The notes: generated by a model not told the origin, from the sequence alone. 64,000 bases of DNA from Patescibacteria group bacterium (GCA_013387215.1 WARW01000022.1:238417-302416); one strand, 5' to 3'; counted from the stretch's first letter, positions 20,630 through 31,184 are shown. Made by a program: numbers and translations.

Positions 20630-22423
20630 TTATTTTAAAACTGCATAAATTCGGCGCTTGCCACTTCCGGCGGATTCTTCTTTAGTTATTTCAAATGTTC
20701 CCAAAACATTAGTATTTTTAACATGAGGTCCAGTGCAGACTTCTTTAGAAAAATAAGTATCTTTTGAACCTATAGTAAAGACACTGACGGTTTCTGGATA
20801 TTTGCTGCCGAAGAAAGCCAAAGCACCTTGTTTTTGAGCTTCAACGAAAGGCATAGTTTCTTTAAGAACTGGAAGCGATAGCTGAATTTGTTGGTTTACT
20901 ATTTCCTGAACCTGTTTAATTTGTTCTTCAGTTAATTTGTCTGGATGTGAAAAATCAAAACGCAAACGTTCGGAAGTAATATTGGAACCAGATTGTTGGA
21001 CATGATCACCTAATACTTGTCTTAAAGCAGCGTGTAATAAATGGGTGGCGGTGTGATATTTGGTAATGATTTCAGAATTATCAGCTAAACCAGATTTAAA
21101 TTTACCAGCAGATAAAGTTTGAGAGAGTTTGACATGTTCTTCTTGGGATTGATTAAATTCTTCCCTATTTAAGGTTAAATTATTTTTTTGCAGCTCTTCT
21201 TCAATCATCTCGACCGGGAAACCAAAACTTTCATATAAGGTAAAAGCTTCTTTTCCGGACACCTGATGATTACGGGCAATTAATTTATTGATTTCATTTA
21301 GTCCCCGATCAAGGGTTTTTCGAAATTTATTTTCTTCAGCTTCCAAAATAGATAAAATTTTATCCCGGTTATCATTTAATTCGGGATAAGTGCCAGCATA
21401 ATTATCTTGATTGTCTAAAACAGTGCCGGCAATAATGGAACAAAAATTCTTATCAATTCCAATAGCTTTTCCTCGGCGAATTGTGCGGCGAATAAGACGG
21501 CGTAAAACATAGCCGGCTTCTTTATTGGATGGCTCAACTCCATCAGCGATTATAAAAACTGCTGATCGAAGATGGTCGGCGATTATACGAATTGATTTAT
21601 TATCAGGAGAATTTTTGTCTGCACCTGGTTCATAAGTCTTACCAGATAATTCTTCGATTTTTTTTATAATTGGCTGCCAAATTGATGATTGATAGTTATC
21701 AGAAAATCCCGAGAATATGGCAGCATTTCGTTCAACTCCAAGACCGGTATCAACATTTTTTTGAGGCATTTCGACATATTTACCAGTTTCATCTTTGTAA
21801 TATTGCATGAAAACATCATTCCAAACTTCAATAATTCTCCCCTGCTTGCAGCCTGTTTCAAAATCAATTTGACCTTCTTCTGGTTTAGTGTCGACAAACA
21901 TTTCAGAATCTGGACCACATGGGCCAACAGCGCCTGCTGGACCCCACCAATTATCTTTTTTAGGTAAATAATGGATTCTGTCTTCAGGAATGCCAAGCGA
22001 TAACCAGAGGTCGTGTGACTCGGTGTCTTTTGGAGCATCTTCGTCCCCGGCAAAACAAGTGACATGAAGATTCTTTGGATCCAAATTTAAAACTTTGGTT
22101 AAAAACTCATAACTCCATGGGATCATTTCTTTTTTGAAGTAATCACCCAAAGACCAGTTGCCTAACATTTCAAAAAAGGTGTGATGAAAAGTATCACCGA
22201 CATCATCAATATCGCCAGTTCGGACACATTTTTGAACATCGACGAGTCTTTTACCAAGCGGATGTGGCTGACCTAAAAGGAAAGGGACGAGAGGGTGCAT
22301 GCCGGCAGAAATAAAAAGAGTGGTGGGGTCGTTTTCAGGAATTAGACTGGCTGATGGAATTTCTTTATGACCTTTTGACACGAAAAAACTTACATATTTA
22401 TCTTTTAATTCTTTGGCGTTCAT
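20630..22423 (-). CDS. alaS: Alanine--tRNA ligase (short form, no C-Ala domain)
   Basis: HHTFFEMLGNWS, HTATHLL, CTGPHV. Confidence 0.97.
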   Translation of the reverse strand: MNAKELKDKYVSFFVSKGHKEIPSASLIPENDPTTLFISAGMHPLVPFLLGQPHPLGKRLVDVQKCVRTGDIDDVGDTFHHTFFEMLGNWSLGDYFKKEMIPWSYEFLTKVLNLDPKNLHVTCFAGDEDAPKDTESHDLWLSLGIPEDRIHYLPKKDNWWGPAGAVGPCGPDSEMFVDTKPEEGQIDFETGCKQGRIIEVWNDVFMQYYKDETGKYVEMPQKNVDTGLGVERNAAIFSGFSDNYQSSIWQPIIKKIEELSGKTYEPGADKNSPDNKSIRIIADHLRSAVFIIADGVEPSNKEAGYVLRRLIRRTIRRGKAIGIDKNFCSIIAGTVLDNQDNYAGTYPELNDNRDKILSILEAEENKFRKTLDRGLNEINKLIARNHQVSGKEAFTLYESFGFPVEMIEEELQKNNLTLNREEFNQSQEEHVKLSQTLSAGKFKSGLADNSEIITKYHTATHLLHAALRQVLGDHVQQSGSNITSERLRFDFSHPDKLTEEQIKQVQEIVNQQIQLSLPVLKETMPFVEAQKQGALAFFGSKYPETVSVFTIGSKDTYFSKEVCTGPHVKNTNVLGTFEITKEESAGSGKRRIYAVLK

Positions 22424-22452
22424 AGGGAGATTATAACAATTCAGGATGAAAA

Positions 22453-23067
22453 TTACACTTCAATTAATTTGATTTCTTTATCATTTACAGCAATGGCCTG
22501 ATTATCTTTAATTATTTTAAACGAGTATTTATTTTTATATTTATCAATTATTTTTTGAATAAGAGGAATATATGCTTCATTATTTGCATGCGGCATAATA
22601 ATAAAATCAACTAAATTTAAAGCCTCATAAGATTCTAATTCAACATCATAATCCTTATCATCTTCATCCTTTTCAATTTCAATATTTGGCCCTGCCAGAA
22701 GTGAACCGGCACTTGAACCAATATATATTGTGCCGTTTAAAACTTTTTCTCTAATTAAGCTAAGGCAATTACTTTTTTGCATTTGTTCCAAAAGATATAT
22801 GGTGTTTCCACCTGCGACAAAGATTATATCTATTCCATCAAATTCTGTTTTTAAGTTTTCCAGAGTTTGATTCTTTATATCAACAACTTTTACTTGGAAT
22901 CCAAGTTCTACCAATTTAGATTTATCTCCTTCAATCCAAGGAGTGTCTTTATAGATATCGCCAGCAGTTGGGATAAAAGCAACTTTCATTGAATTGGGAT
23001 TTTTAGGTAGAAATTTAATAAGATTATCAAGAGTTTTAGAGGCAGCAGAAGTTAAATATAAAAACAT
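22453..23067 (-). CDS. Peptidase S51 (peptidase E) family
   Basis: FIPTA, GGNT, YIGSSAG, PH. Confidence 0.85.
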   Translation of the reverse strand: MFLYLTSAASKTLDNLIKFLPKNPNSMKVAFIPTAGDIYKDTPWIEGDKSKLVELGFQVKVVDIKNQTLENLKTEFDGIDIIFVAGGNTIYLLEQMQKSNCLSLIREKVLNGTIYIGSSAGSLLAGPNIEIEKDEDDKDYDVELESYEALNLVDFIIMPHANNEAYIPLIQKIIDKYKNKYSFKIIKDNQAIAVNDKEIKLIEV

Positions 23068-23088
23068 AAATTGATTTTATCAAACAAG

Positions 23089-23499
23089 CTATCGGCGCGG
23101 TTTTACAAACATTTTCGGGGCGGCTTTTTTCTTGATAGGAGTTGGAGCGGCAACTGGTTTATCAACAGGAACTGAAACAATTTTCTTTTCGACGACTTTT
23201 GTAGCTACAGGTGCGGGCTTGGAAGTTATAACAGGTTTTATAATTGAAACTTTTTTGGATTTAATTATCTTTTTAGGCTTAATTACAACAGGAACAGTTT
23301 GAGGTTCAGAACTAGAAAGGTTAATAAAGTTTTTGAAAAAATCTTCTAATTTTTTTTGGAGATTATCAAAGACTTTTCCTTTATTTTTTTTATAAATAAC
23401 AATGGCAATAATAGCTCCAATAATAGCCCCGAGAATTAAACCAAATACAAAACTGGAACTGCGGTTTTCATCATGTTCGCAGCAACAAGCCTTACTCAT
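23089..23499 (-). CDS. YtxH-like protein
   Basis: FVFGLILGAIIGA hydrophobic motif. Confidence 0.6.
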   Translation of the reverse strand: MSKACCCEHDENRSSSFVFGLILGAIIGAIIAIVIYKKNKGKVFDNLQKKLEDFFKNFINLSSSEPQTVPVVIKPKKIIKSKKVSIIKPVITSKPAPVATKVVEKKIVSVPVDKPVAAPTPIKKKAAPKMFVKPRR

Positions 23500-23501
23500 G
23501 T

Positions 23502-23753
23502 TTAGTCTTTCTTTTTAAACAAAGTATTAAATAAGGAAACGCCATTTTTGAATCCAAGAACAAACTCAGATAGAGAGCTGACAGGTTCAGCTACCGATGA
23601 AGTGATGGTTTTGGTGTCGTCAAGAATTCCGTTGGTTTTAACAACAGTAATTTTGAGCTCTTTTAAGATTTTAATAACCCAGATTCCACAGCCAACAATA
23701 ATGGCAGTAATAGAGATAAGACTAACGATAATTACGATTTGTGTAATGTCCAT
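23502..23753 (-). CDS. DUF948/YoxC-like small membrane protein
   Basis: TM helix followed by amphipathic helix, adjacent to YtxH-like gene. Confidence 0.55.
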   Translation of the reverse strand: MDITQIVIIVSLISITAIIVGCGIWVIKILKELKITVVKTNGILDDTKTITSSVAEPVSSLSEFVLGFKNGVSLFNTLFKKKD

Positions 23754-23775
23754 AAAATTAGTATAGACTATTTTC

Positions 23776-24387
23776 CTATTGATTGCTTTTAATAATTTTT
23801 TCGTCGACAGTGATTTTTCCGGTGGGAGATTTTGATTCAATTGTTATTTTATTATCGCCATTAGATAGGTTTATTTTCTTCTCAAAGTTGCCACTAGGAT
23901 CAACTAAAATTAAATCGTTATTTACTTTAATTGTTGCCTCAGGATCGGTAACCCCGGTTAAATCCAAAATACTTCCAAGAGTAATAGTATTGCTCGGCCA
24001 ATTCACTTTTAATTTGGGAGGACGATTGAATTTTATATATTCTGAAACTAAATAAAATGAGAATAATAAAATGGTGATAAAAATAGTGAGAATAAAGGTA
24101 AATTTGGGAGTGAAGGCAAAGAACTTTTCTTGACGGGATTTTGATTTTCTTTTGGTTTCAAAATCGCGGCGAAAAAGCCTCAGAGTTTCCTGGCCATTTA
24201 GACCTAAATAATCTGCATAATCTTTAATCATCAAAGAACAATATGGTTCCTGAGGAAAATTTAGTGTGTCTTCATTTTCCAAAGCTTCTAGATACTTAAT
24301 AGGTATTTTTAATTTCTTAGAAATATCTGCAAGCTCATATTCTTTGTCGAGACGAGTATTTTTAAGTAGTGATGAGGCTCGAAACAT
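23776..24387 (-). CDS. RodZ-like HTH membrane protein
   Basis: HTH (YLEALE...YADYLGL), TM, Ig-like C-terminus; follows ftsK. Confidence 0.75.
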   Translation of the reverse strand: MFRASSLLKNTRLDKEYELADISKKLKIPIKYLEALENEDTLNFPQEPYCSLMIKDYADYLGLNGQETLRLFRRDFETKRKSKSRQEKFFAFTPKFTFILTIFITILLFSFYLVSEYIKFNRPPKLKVNWPSNTITLGSILDLTGVTDPEATIKVNNDLILVDPSGNFEKKINLSNGDNKITIESKSPTGKITVDEKIIKSNQ

Positions 24388-24394
24388 ATTTTGA

Positions 24395-26518
24395 TTATTC
24401 AGCAGTATCGTCTGAAGTGTTGTGAGCAATTAAAATTTCCCGTGGTTTAGCACCATTGGCTGGGCCAACAATACCCGCTTGTTCAAGCTGGTCTAATACA
24501 CGAGCAGCGCGGGCGTAACCTAATTTAAGACGACGCTGCATTAAGGAAGCAGAAGCTTTACCGGTTTCTTGAACCAGCTTAACCGCATCTTCAAACATCG
24601 CATCCCGATCTTCAACATTACCACTCATAGCAGCATTGCCTTTGCCATTGTGGGCAACTGGCTGACTGATAACTTGATCGTCATACTCGGTGACTTTTTG
24701 AGTTTTTAGATAGTCAATTAAGGCAGTTAATTCTTTATCAGAAACAAAACAGCCTTGAATTCTGACTGGCTTGGCTAAATCCGGTGGAATATAAAGCATG
24801 TCTCCCCTTCCGAGAAGCTTTTCAGCTCCTGGAGAATCCAAAATAACCCGAGAATCAGTAACAGAGGCTACAGCAAAAGAAAGACGAGTTGGGATGTTGG
24901 CTTTGATTAAACCAGTAATGACGTTTACAGAAGGTCTTTGAGTGGCCAAAATTAAATGGATACCGACAGCACGAGCCATTTGAGCTAAACGACAGATATT
25001 GTCTTCAACTTCAGTTGGCGAAAATAACATGATTTCGGCAAGCTCGTCGATAAAAATTAAAATGTAGGGCAAAGATTGAAAACCTGCCAAATTGTTGTAG
25101 GCTTCAATATTTTTGGCACCAACTTCAGTAAAGGTTTTATAGCGTCGTTCCATCTCCCCTACTGCCCATTTTAAGGCAGAAATAACTTTTTCAGGTTCAA
25201 CGATAACTGGAGTTAAAAGATGAGGAATACCGTTATATGGAGTTAATTCGACCCGTTTTGGATCGACCATAATCATTCTGACCTCATCTGGAGAAGCCCG
25301 GAATAAAATGTTGGCAATCCAAGAGTTCACACAAACAGATTTACCTGAACCTGTTTGACCGGCAATAAGCACGTGAGGCATTTTAGCAATATCGCCGACT
25401 TTAGGATTACCAGCCACATCCAAACCAAGCGGAACACAAATCTTATTCTTAGCACTCTTCATGGCTTCAGATTCAAGGATTCGGCGAATAGGCACAACTT
25501 CCAATGAACGATTAGGAACTTCAATACCTACAAGAGAACGGCCTGGAATTGGAGCTTCCACACGGATCATACCGCCTGGAGCAGCTAAAGCCATAGCCAT
25601 ATCGTTGCTTAAGCTTAAAATTTTAGCTAATTTAGTGCCTAGAGCTACTTCAAGAGCATATTGAGTGACTGATGGACTATTATTGACTTCAGTGACACGA
25701 GCAGTAATACCGAAGGAATCAAGAGTTTGTTCAATAATTGAGGCATTTTTGCGGACATCACCTCGGTCAGCCTTGGCTCCGGGAGTGCCGTCAAAAATTG
25801 AAATGGATGGATATTCCCACATTTGATTTCCAGAAGAACTGAGAGCCTTGACTGGTGCAGCTGGATTATTGGAAAGCGGATTATCTTTAAAAATAGGGGC
25901 AATATTGACCACGGCCGGATCTTCTTTGAACTTTTCTTTAGCAGATTCCTTTGAAGAACTAATTTCTGAGTGGTAAATAGCTTCTTTAGAACCTTTCTTG
26001 GTTTTTGCCTTGTTAACACTACCGATAGTGTATTTTTTAAGCATTACAAAGATAGTAGTCAAGAATTTGACCACTTGAGCAACCGAGGTGTCGAAAAGAA
26101 TAACAAAGCCGACAATCATGGCAAAAAAGAAGATAAAAAAGCTTGGAAGTTTTCCAAAAAGAACCAATAGTTGATTCCAAAAGAAAACACCAGCAACACC
26201 CTGCTCAAACAAACTGATCAAAGATACAAACATGATGGTAAAACCCAAAAATACGTTTAATTCTTTTAAAGGGGATTTAATTTTAGCGAACAAAAAAGAA
26301 ATTAAGAGCAATAAAAAAGGGATAAAAACAGAACCGAAACCAAAATATTCGGTTAGGAATTTATTGTATCCCGATGGAATCGGACCAGTCTGTAAAAATG
26401 AAAATACAGAAAGGATCGATAAAATTAAAAAGAAAATGAAGAAGACTGTTTGGACAGTTTCAGGTTTTAGAGTTAAGCGAGGGAATGCCCCCTTTTTTTT
26501 TCGACCACGTTTAGCCAT
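24395..26518 (-). CDS. ftsK: DNA translocase FtsK/SpoIIIE
   Basis: AGQTGSGKS, ATQRPS, LLGRGDML, gamma domain. Confidence 0.96.
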   Translation of the reverse strand: MAKRGRKKKGAFPRLTLKPETVQTVFFIFFLILSILSVFSFLQTGPIPSGYNKFLTEYFGFGSVFIPFLLLLISFLFAKIKSPLKELNVFLGFTIMFVSLISLFEQGVAGVFFWNQLLVLFGKLPSFFIFFFAMIVGFVILFDTSVAQVVKFLTTIFVMLKKYTIGSVNKAKTKKGSKEAIYHSEISSSKESAKEKFKEDPAVVNIAPIFKDNPLSNNPAAPVKALSSSGNQMWEYPSISIFDGTPGAKADRGDVRKNASIIEQTLDSFGITARVTEVNNSPSVTQYALEVALGTKLAKILSLSNDMAMALAAPGGMIRVEAPIPGRSLVGIEVPNRSLEVVPIRRILESEAMKSAKNKICVPLGLDVAGNPKVGDIAKMPHVLIAGQTGSGKSVCVNSWIANILFRASPDEVRMIMVDPKRVELTPYNGIPHLLTPVIVEPEKVISALKWAVGEMERRYKTFTEVGAKNIEAYNNLAGFQSLPYILIFIDELAEIMLFSPTEVEDNICRLAQMARAVGIHLILATQRPSVNVITGLIKANIPTRLSFAVASVTDSRVILDSPGAEKLLGRGDMLYIPPDLAKPVRIQGCFVSDKELTALIDYLKTQKVTEYDDQVISQPVAHNGKGNAAMSGNVEDRDAMFEDAVKLVQETGKASASLMQRRLKLGYARAARVLDQLEQAGIVGPANGAKPREILIAHNTSDDTAE

Positions 26519-26562
26519 AAAATCAGTATAACAATAAATTTATTGTTTTTATTAGATTGAGA

Positions 26563-28260
26563 TTATTTTAATTCGCCGATAATTTCTTTATCAGAAATTA
26601 TTTTTGATTCTGACTGATCGCGTTTTTTATACTCAATACCGCCTTTTTCAAGACTGCGCTTACTAATAACCAATCTAACAGGAATTCCAATCAAATCGGC
26701 ATCTGCAAATTTAGCGCCAGCAGTGACATCGTCCCGATCGTCATATAAAACATCAATATTATTTTTCTTGAGATTTTCGTACAAAGACTCGGCTTTAGCC
26801 TTGATTGATTCGTCGAATAAATCTAAACCCAACAAATGGACTTGGTATGGTGCAATTGATTCAGGCCAAATAATCCCCTTGTCATCATGATGAGTTTCGA
26901 TGATGGTAGAAATTGCCCGACCAATTCCAATGCCATATGAACCCATATAAAGTTTTTTCAAAGAGCCGTCTTTATCAACAAAGTTGCCATCCATCGGATT
27001 ACTATAAGTGTAGCCAATATTGAAAATATTACCGAATTCTACAGCTTTTATGAATCTTAATTTGCCTTTATGACATTTGGCACAGGTGTCTCCGACTTGG
27101 GCTTCAGCAATATCGCCGAAGAATTGGCACTCAAAATCGCGGCCATAATTTACATTAATTGAGTCAGTATCTTTTTGTTTTTGTCCGCCAATAAAATTAT
27201 GGACAGTTTTTAGCGATAAATCGCCAACGTAAACTGCATCGTGCCCCCAACAATGGACCCAACCAGATTTGGTACCTAATTTTTTTAGATCTTCATCGGT
27301 GGCTGGCTCGAGTTCGCCTTTAGCACCATAAACTTTTGCAAGTTTGGCGGGATTGACAGACAAATCTCCACGAATAACACCAATAACGATAGTGCCATCA
27401 GTATCTTTATAGACAACATTTTTTAAATAATGTTCTTTGGATTTGCCGTAATGTTTAATATTATCTTCCATGGTTTCCACCCATTCAGGTTGAGTAACTA
27501 TTTCCATGTCTTTAATTTCTTCATCAAGATTAATGTCTTTTCGATCAAATTGAGCGGTTTCTAAATTAGCAGCGTATCTGCATTCATCACACAAAGCGAT
27601 AGTATCTTCACCAACATCAGTTTCGACCATAAATTCGTGAGAAACTGCACCGCCAATGGCGCCATTATCGGATTCAACGACAATTACTTTTAGACCCAAT
27701 CTTTTGGCAATATTTTCATAGGCCACCCAATATTTTTGATAAGTTTCTTTTAAACTTTCTTCATTTTCATGAAAAGAATAAGCATCTTTCATGACAAATT
27801 CGCGGGTGCGCAAAAGACCGCCGGTTGGGCGAGCTTCATCGCGGAATTTTTGAGAGAACTGATAAATATTAATTGGCAAATCTTTGTAGGTAGGATTCAT
27901 TTGATTAACCAAATCCATCATGACCACTTCCGCAGTTGCACCCAAAGTAAATTCAGCTTCGTTTCTATCTTTAACCAACATCATTGAAGAACCAAACTTT
28001 TTATCGCGATTAGCTTTTTGCCAAAGTTCTAGAGGTTGAAGAGTTGGAACAATCAGTTCTTGAGCACCAGTTTTTTCGACTTCTTCACGAATTATATCTT
28101 CAACTTTTTTGGATACTTTAAAACCTAGAGGCAAAAAGGTGTAACGGCCAGCAGAAAGCATGCGGATAAAACCGCCTTGCAATAAAAGTTTATGACTAAC
28201 GGCTGTTGCTTGATTGCTAACAGTTTTACTAGTTTTTCCAAATAGTTTTGAATATCGCAT
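26563..28260 (-). CDS. proS: Proline--tRNA ligase
   Basis: KFRDEARP.GGLLRTREF.MKD, MGSYGIG. Confidence 0.96.
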   Translation of the reverse strand: MRYSKLFGKTSKTVSNQATAVSHKLLLQGGFIRMLSAGRYTFLPLGFKVSKKVEDIIREEVEKTGAQELIVPTLQPLELWQKANRDKKFGSSMMLVKDRNEAEFTLGATAEVVMMDLVNQMNPTYKDLPINIYQFSQKFRDEARPTGGLLRTREFVMKDAYSFHENEESLKETYQKYWVAYENIAKRLGLKVIVVESDNGAIGGAVSHEFMVETDVGEDTIALCDECRYAANLETAQFDRKDINLDEEIKDMEIVTQPEWVETMEDNIKHYGKSKEHYLKNVVYKDTDGTIVIGVIRGDLSVNPAKLAKVYGAKGELEPATDEDLKKLGTKSGWVHCWGHDAVYVGDLSLKTVHNFIGGQKQKDTDSINVNYGRDFECQFFGDIAEAQVGDTCAKCHKGKLRFIKAVEFGNIFNIGYTYSNPMDGNFVDKDGSLKKLYMGSYGIGIGRAISTIIETHHDDKGIIWPESIAPYQVHLLGLDLFDESIKAKAESLYENLKKNNIDVLYDDRDDVTAGAKFADADLIGIPVRLVISKRSLEKGGIEYKKRDQSESKIISDKEIIGELK

Positions 28261-28288
28261 AAGTTATTCTATATTAATTTTTATAACA

Positions 28289-28450
28289 AAAAAGCTCGTC
28301 ACTGCTCAGAAAATTATTTCTGAACAAGGACGAGCGTTGTCGTGGTACCACCTTGTTTCGATTAAATAAATTTAATCCTTAAAAATTTTACGGTTGTTTC
28401 CGGAACTACTTTCGTAGTCAGCTCCACGGCGGGATACCGTTTCTCAGCTT
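28289..28450 (-). ncRNA. T-box riboswitch (Pro) upstream of proS
   Basis: AAGGTGGTACCACG at 28341-28354, antiterminator partner CGTCCTT, terminator GCTCGTC...GACGAGC-TTTTTT, TATAAT at 28458-28463. Confidence 0.9.
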
Positions 28451-28482
28451 TGGAAATATTATAGCATGGAGAATTTAGAAAG

Positions 28483-28522
28483 AAAAAAGGTGGTAAAAAC
28501 CATTAAAGATTTGTACCACCTT
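28483..28522 (-). terminator. Intrinsic terminator of unit C
   Basis: AAGGTGGTA/TACCACCTT stem followed by U-tract. Confidence 0.75.
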
Positions 28523-28542
28523 GGCAGAAAATTACAGAAAAG

Positions 28543-29037
28543 TTAAATTTGGCTTAAACAGTCAAAAATGAACTGGACAATGAGTTCTAGAGTTTTTTCC
28601 AGATCAGCGCCAGCAAGGTTTATAAGCCTAAAAGTTTTTGTGATTTCAGCGAATTTAAAAACGACAGTTTCTGAATCGGAATAAATCTTAAGAACTCCTT
28701 TTCCGTAAAGTGATATAGCACCCAAATCGAGACAATAATACCTGCCAAATACATATTCAATAATCTCAAAATTAAAGGTTTTATCTTCGCAAACATATGC
28801 GTCGGTTTTATCGAGTATCTCAGTTCTTTGATCTTTCATTTTGTCAATAAAATACTTCTTACCTGGATCAACATCTTTGGATTCAAGAGGATAACCGCAG
28901 TTGAGGAAGTCAACCATGGTTTCAAGAGCCTCCCGGGCATAGATACATCCAAGTATTTCTTTACCTTTCTGAGCACTTGCCACATTATTCTGATAGCTTT
29001 TTTCTATAAGCATAACTAATTTGCTTATGTCTGACAT
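28543..29037 (-). CDS. Hypothetical protein (unit C cargo)
   Basis: 164 aa ORF, GGAAAGG SD-like, flanked by complementary arms 28529-28544 and 29047-29063. Confidence 0.7.
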   Translation of the reverse strand: MSDISKLVMLIEKSYQNNVASAQKGKEILGCIYAREALETMVDFLNCGYPLESKDVDPGKKYFIDKMKDQRTEILDKTDAYVCEDKTFNFEIIEYVFGRYYCLDLGAISLYGKGVLKIYSDSETVVFKFAEITKTFRLINLAGADLEKTLELIVQFIFDCLSQI

Positions 29038-29060
29038 TTATTTCACAACCTTTCCTGTAA

Positions 29061-29104
29061 TTTAAAGTACGCGAGTATTATATAGGTTATTTTTTTTAAG
29101 TCAA
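29061..29104 (-). promoter_or_regulatory. sigma70 promoter plus boxA-like GTACTTTAAA
   Basis: TTGACT 29099-29104, TATAAT 29077-29082, motif 29061-29070. Confidence 0.65.
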
Positions 29105-29140
29105 TTTAGTGAAATGATTATATGTTTTATATAATATGTA

Positions 29141-29356
29141 GTGACAAATTTCTGCCCAGAATGCAGCCAGACAGGCAAATGCTGGTTTAAAGAAAAAGCT
29201 GATGAAGTTGCAACACAAGAATCAAAACGATCTGATTTAGATCAGGCGATTGATAAACATCAACAAATTACAGAATTAAGAGTCAGAGCTAGAGAAAAAA
29301 TGTGTCCCAACTTAAATGATATTGATCCTGATTATCCTGGAAAAAATTTGTTATAA
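29141..29356 (+). CDS. Small Cys-containing hypothetical protein
   Basis: CPEC..C..C ORF, TATAAT 5 nt before GTG, terminator follows. Confidence 0.6.
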   Translation: MTNFCPECSQTGKCWFKEKADEVATQESKRSDLDQAIDKHQQITELRVRAREKMCPNLNDIDPDYPGKNLL

Positions 29357-29385
29357 AAAAGCCGCCCATTACTGAGCGGCAATTT
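29355..29385. terminator. Terminator hairpin between convergent genes
   Basis: GCCGC-CCATTACTGA-GCGGC with flanking A tract. Confidence 0.65.
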
Positions 29386-29399
29386 ATGAGTTTATATTT

Positions 29400-31184
29400 T
29401 TAGACTTCGATAACTAATGGCAATACCATTGGCTGGCGGCCGGTTTTTTGATAGATTATATCTTCAATATGGGCCTGGACTTCTTCACGAATAAAGTCCA
29501 TGTTGGCTGGAGTGCTAGTAGATTCGTTGAACTTATTAGCAACTTCCTGTTTAAGGAAATTCATCAGTTCAGTGTTTTCTTTCATGAAAACGAAACCTCG
29601 GCTTAAGATAACTGGATCTTTAACTAGAGCACCTGACTCACGATTTATGAGCATGACCACAGAGAACATTCCATCTTCAGCTAATAATTTTCGATCGCGA
29701 AGAACGGTAGCACCAACATCACCGACTCCAAGACCATCAATTAAGACTTTACGAAGAGAAATGTGATAATTTGTGTCGTAGGTGCCGTTATTATAGAAAG
29801 TAGCCGTGCCATCATAATCAGGGAAAATCACCTGATCTTCGGCAAAACCAAGAGTTTTTGCCATGGTTTGGTAGCTTTTCAAATGGCGGAAGTTACCACC
29901 AATCGGCAAAAGGAATTTTGGCTGTAAAAGTTCAATCAAAAGAGCGTGCTCTTTTTGGTAGCCGTGACCAGAAACATGGAGCTCCTCTTTTTCGCCATAA
30001 ACAACTTCAGCGCCCATTTTGGATAAAATATCAATCATATTATTGATATTGGAAGTGGTGCCTGGAATGTAGTCTGGTGAAGAGAAGATCACTTTATCAC
30101 CCGATTTAACTTTGACCCGGTGCTTACCCATAACCATTTTGCTTAAAGCAGAATCTGGTTGTCCAGCAAAACCGGCAACTAAGAATAATAATTTATTATC
30201 TGGGAAGTTTTTGACACGTTCGATCGGAATAATGTCAGAATCATTGAGAGTTAAATATCCCAAATCTTTGGCAATACCGATAGCTCTGTCAACAGAAAAA
30301 CCAACAATAACAATTTTTCGGCCCACACTTTTACCGTAATCGATAGCTTGAGTCCAGCGAACAATGTTGCTGGAAATTGAAGTGACAAAAACCCGGCCTT
30401 TAGCAGAAACTATTTCTTTCTTGAAATTTTCAGCAATAGATCTTTCTGATGGCGAAAAACCTTCGTGATCAGAACCAAGACTGTCAGACATTAAAGCAAT
30501 AACATTTTTCTCGCCAACTCTGGCAATGTGTTGATAATCAACAGGTTTACCATCAAGCGGAAAAACGTCAAATTTAAAATCAGAACCATGGTAGAAAACA
30601 CCAAGCGGAGTGGTAATAGCAAAATGGAAAGTGTCAGGAATTGAGTGTGTGACTCGGACTGGATCAACAGTAAAGACGCCTTTGATTATCGGTTCAGCAC
30701 TATCATAAACATTTATTGAGGCTCTAATATTGGTTTCAGCAAGTTTTGCTTCAATAAAAGCAGCCGCAAGTTTTGGAGCGTAAACAGGGATATTAGTGCC
30801 CAGAATCGGCAAAATAAATCTGATGGCGCCAATGTGATCTTCGTGACCGTGAGTAATAAAAATACCCATAATTCGGTCTTTTTTATCTTGAAGATAATGA
30901 GTGTCTGGAATTTGAAGATCGACACCAAAAGCATCTTCTTCAGGAAAACCAACACCACAATCAACGATAATTATTTGACTTTTTGATTGATCGCCATTGG
31001 GGATGAACTCATAAACAAACATGTTTTGAGTAACATCGCCAAAACCTCCAAGAGAACTGATCCTGACTGCGTCACGACCGTTTTTAAACTCTCTGGGTTT
31101 ATTTTTCATATTAAAATTTTGTGGCATTACAGCGCCATCTACTGGTTTTTTCGTAGTATCTCTACGTTGATTTTTAATCATCAT
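29400..31184 (-). CDS. rnj: Ribonuclease J
   Basis: THGHEDHIGA, HSIPD, HVSGH. Confidence 0.93.
   Translation of the reverse strand: MMIKNQRRDTTKKPVDGAVMPQNFNMKNKPREFKNGRDAVRISSLGGFGDVTQNMFVYEFIPNGDQSKSQIIIVDCGVGFPEEDAFGVDLQIPDTHYLQDKKDRIMGIFITHGHEDHIGAIRFILPILGTNIPVYAPKLAAAFIEAKLAETNIRASINVYDSAEPIIKGVFTVDPVRVTHSIPDTFHFAITTPLGVFYHGSDFKFDVFPLDGKPVDYQHIARVGEKNVIALMSDSLGSDHEGFSPSERSIAENFKKEIVSAKGRVFVTSISSNIVRWTQAIDYGKSVGRKIVIVGFSVDRAIGIAKDLGYLTLNDSDIIPIERVKNFPDNKLLFLVAGFAGQPDSALSKMVMGKHRVKVKSGDKVIFSSPDYIPGTTSNINNMIDILSKMGAEVVYGEKEELHVSGHGYQKEHALLIELLQPKFLLPIGGNFRHLKSYQTMAKTLGFAEDQVIFPDYDGTATFYNNGTYDTNYHISLRKVLIDGLGVGDVGATVLRDRKLLAEDGMFSVVMLINRESGALVKDPVILSRGFVFMKENTELMNFLKQEVANKFNESTSTPANMDFIREEVQAHIEDIIYQKTGRQPMVLPLVIEV

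Noticed and set aside
28513-28522. Second T-box (AAGGTGGTAC) upstream of the proS T-box
   Set aside because: It is the 5' arm of unit C's terminator, lacks the CRCG end and has no Stem I; likely coincidence.
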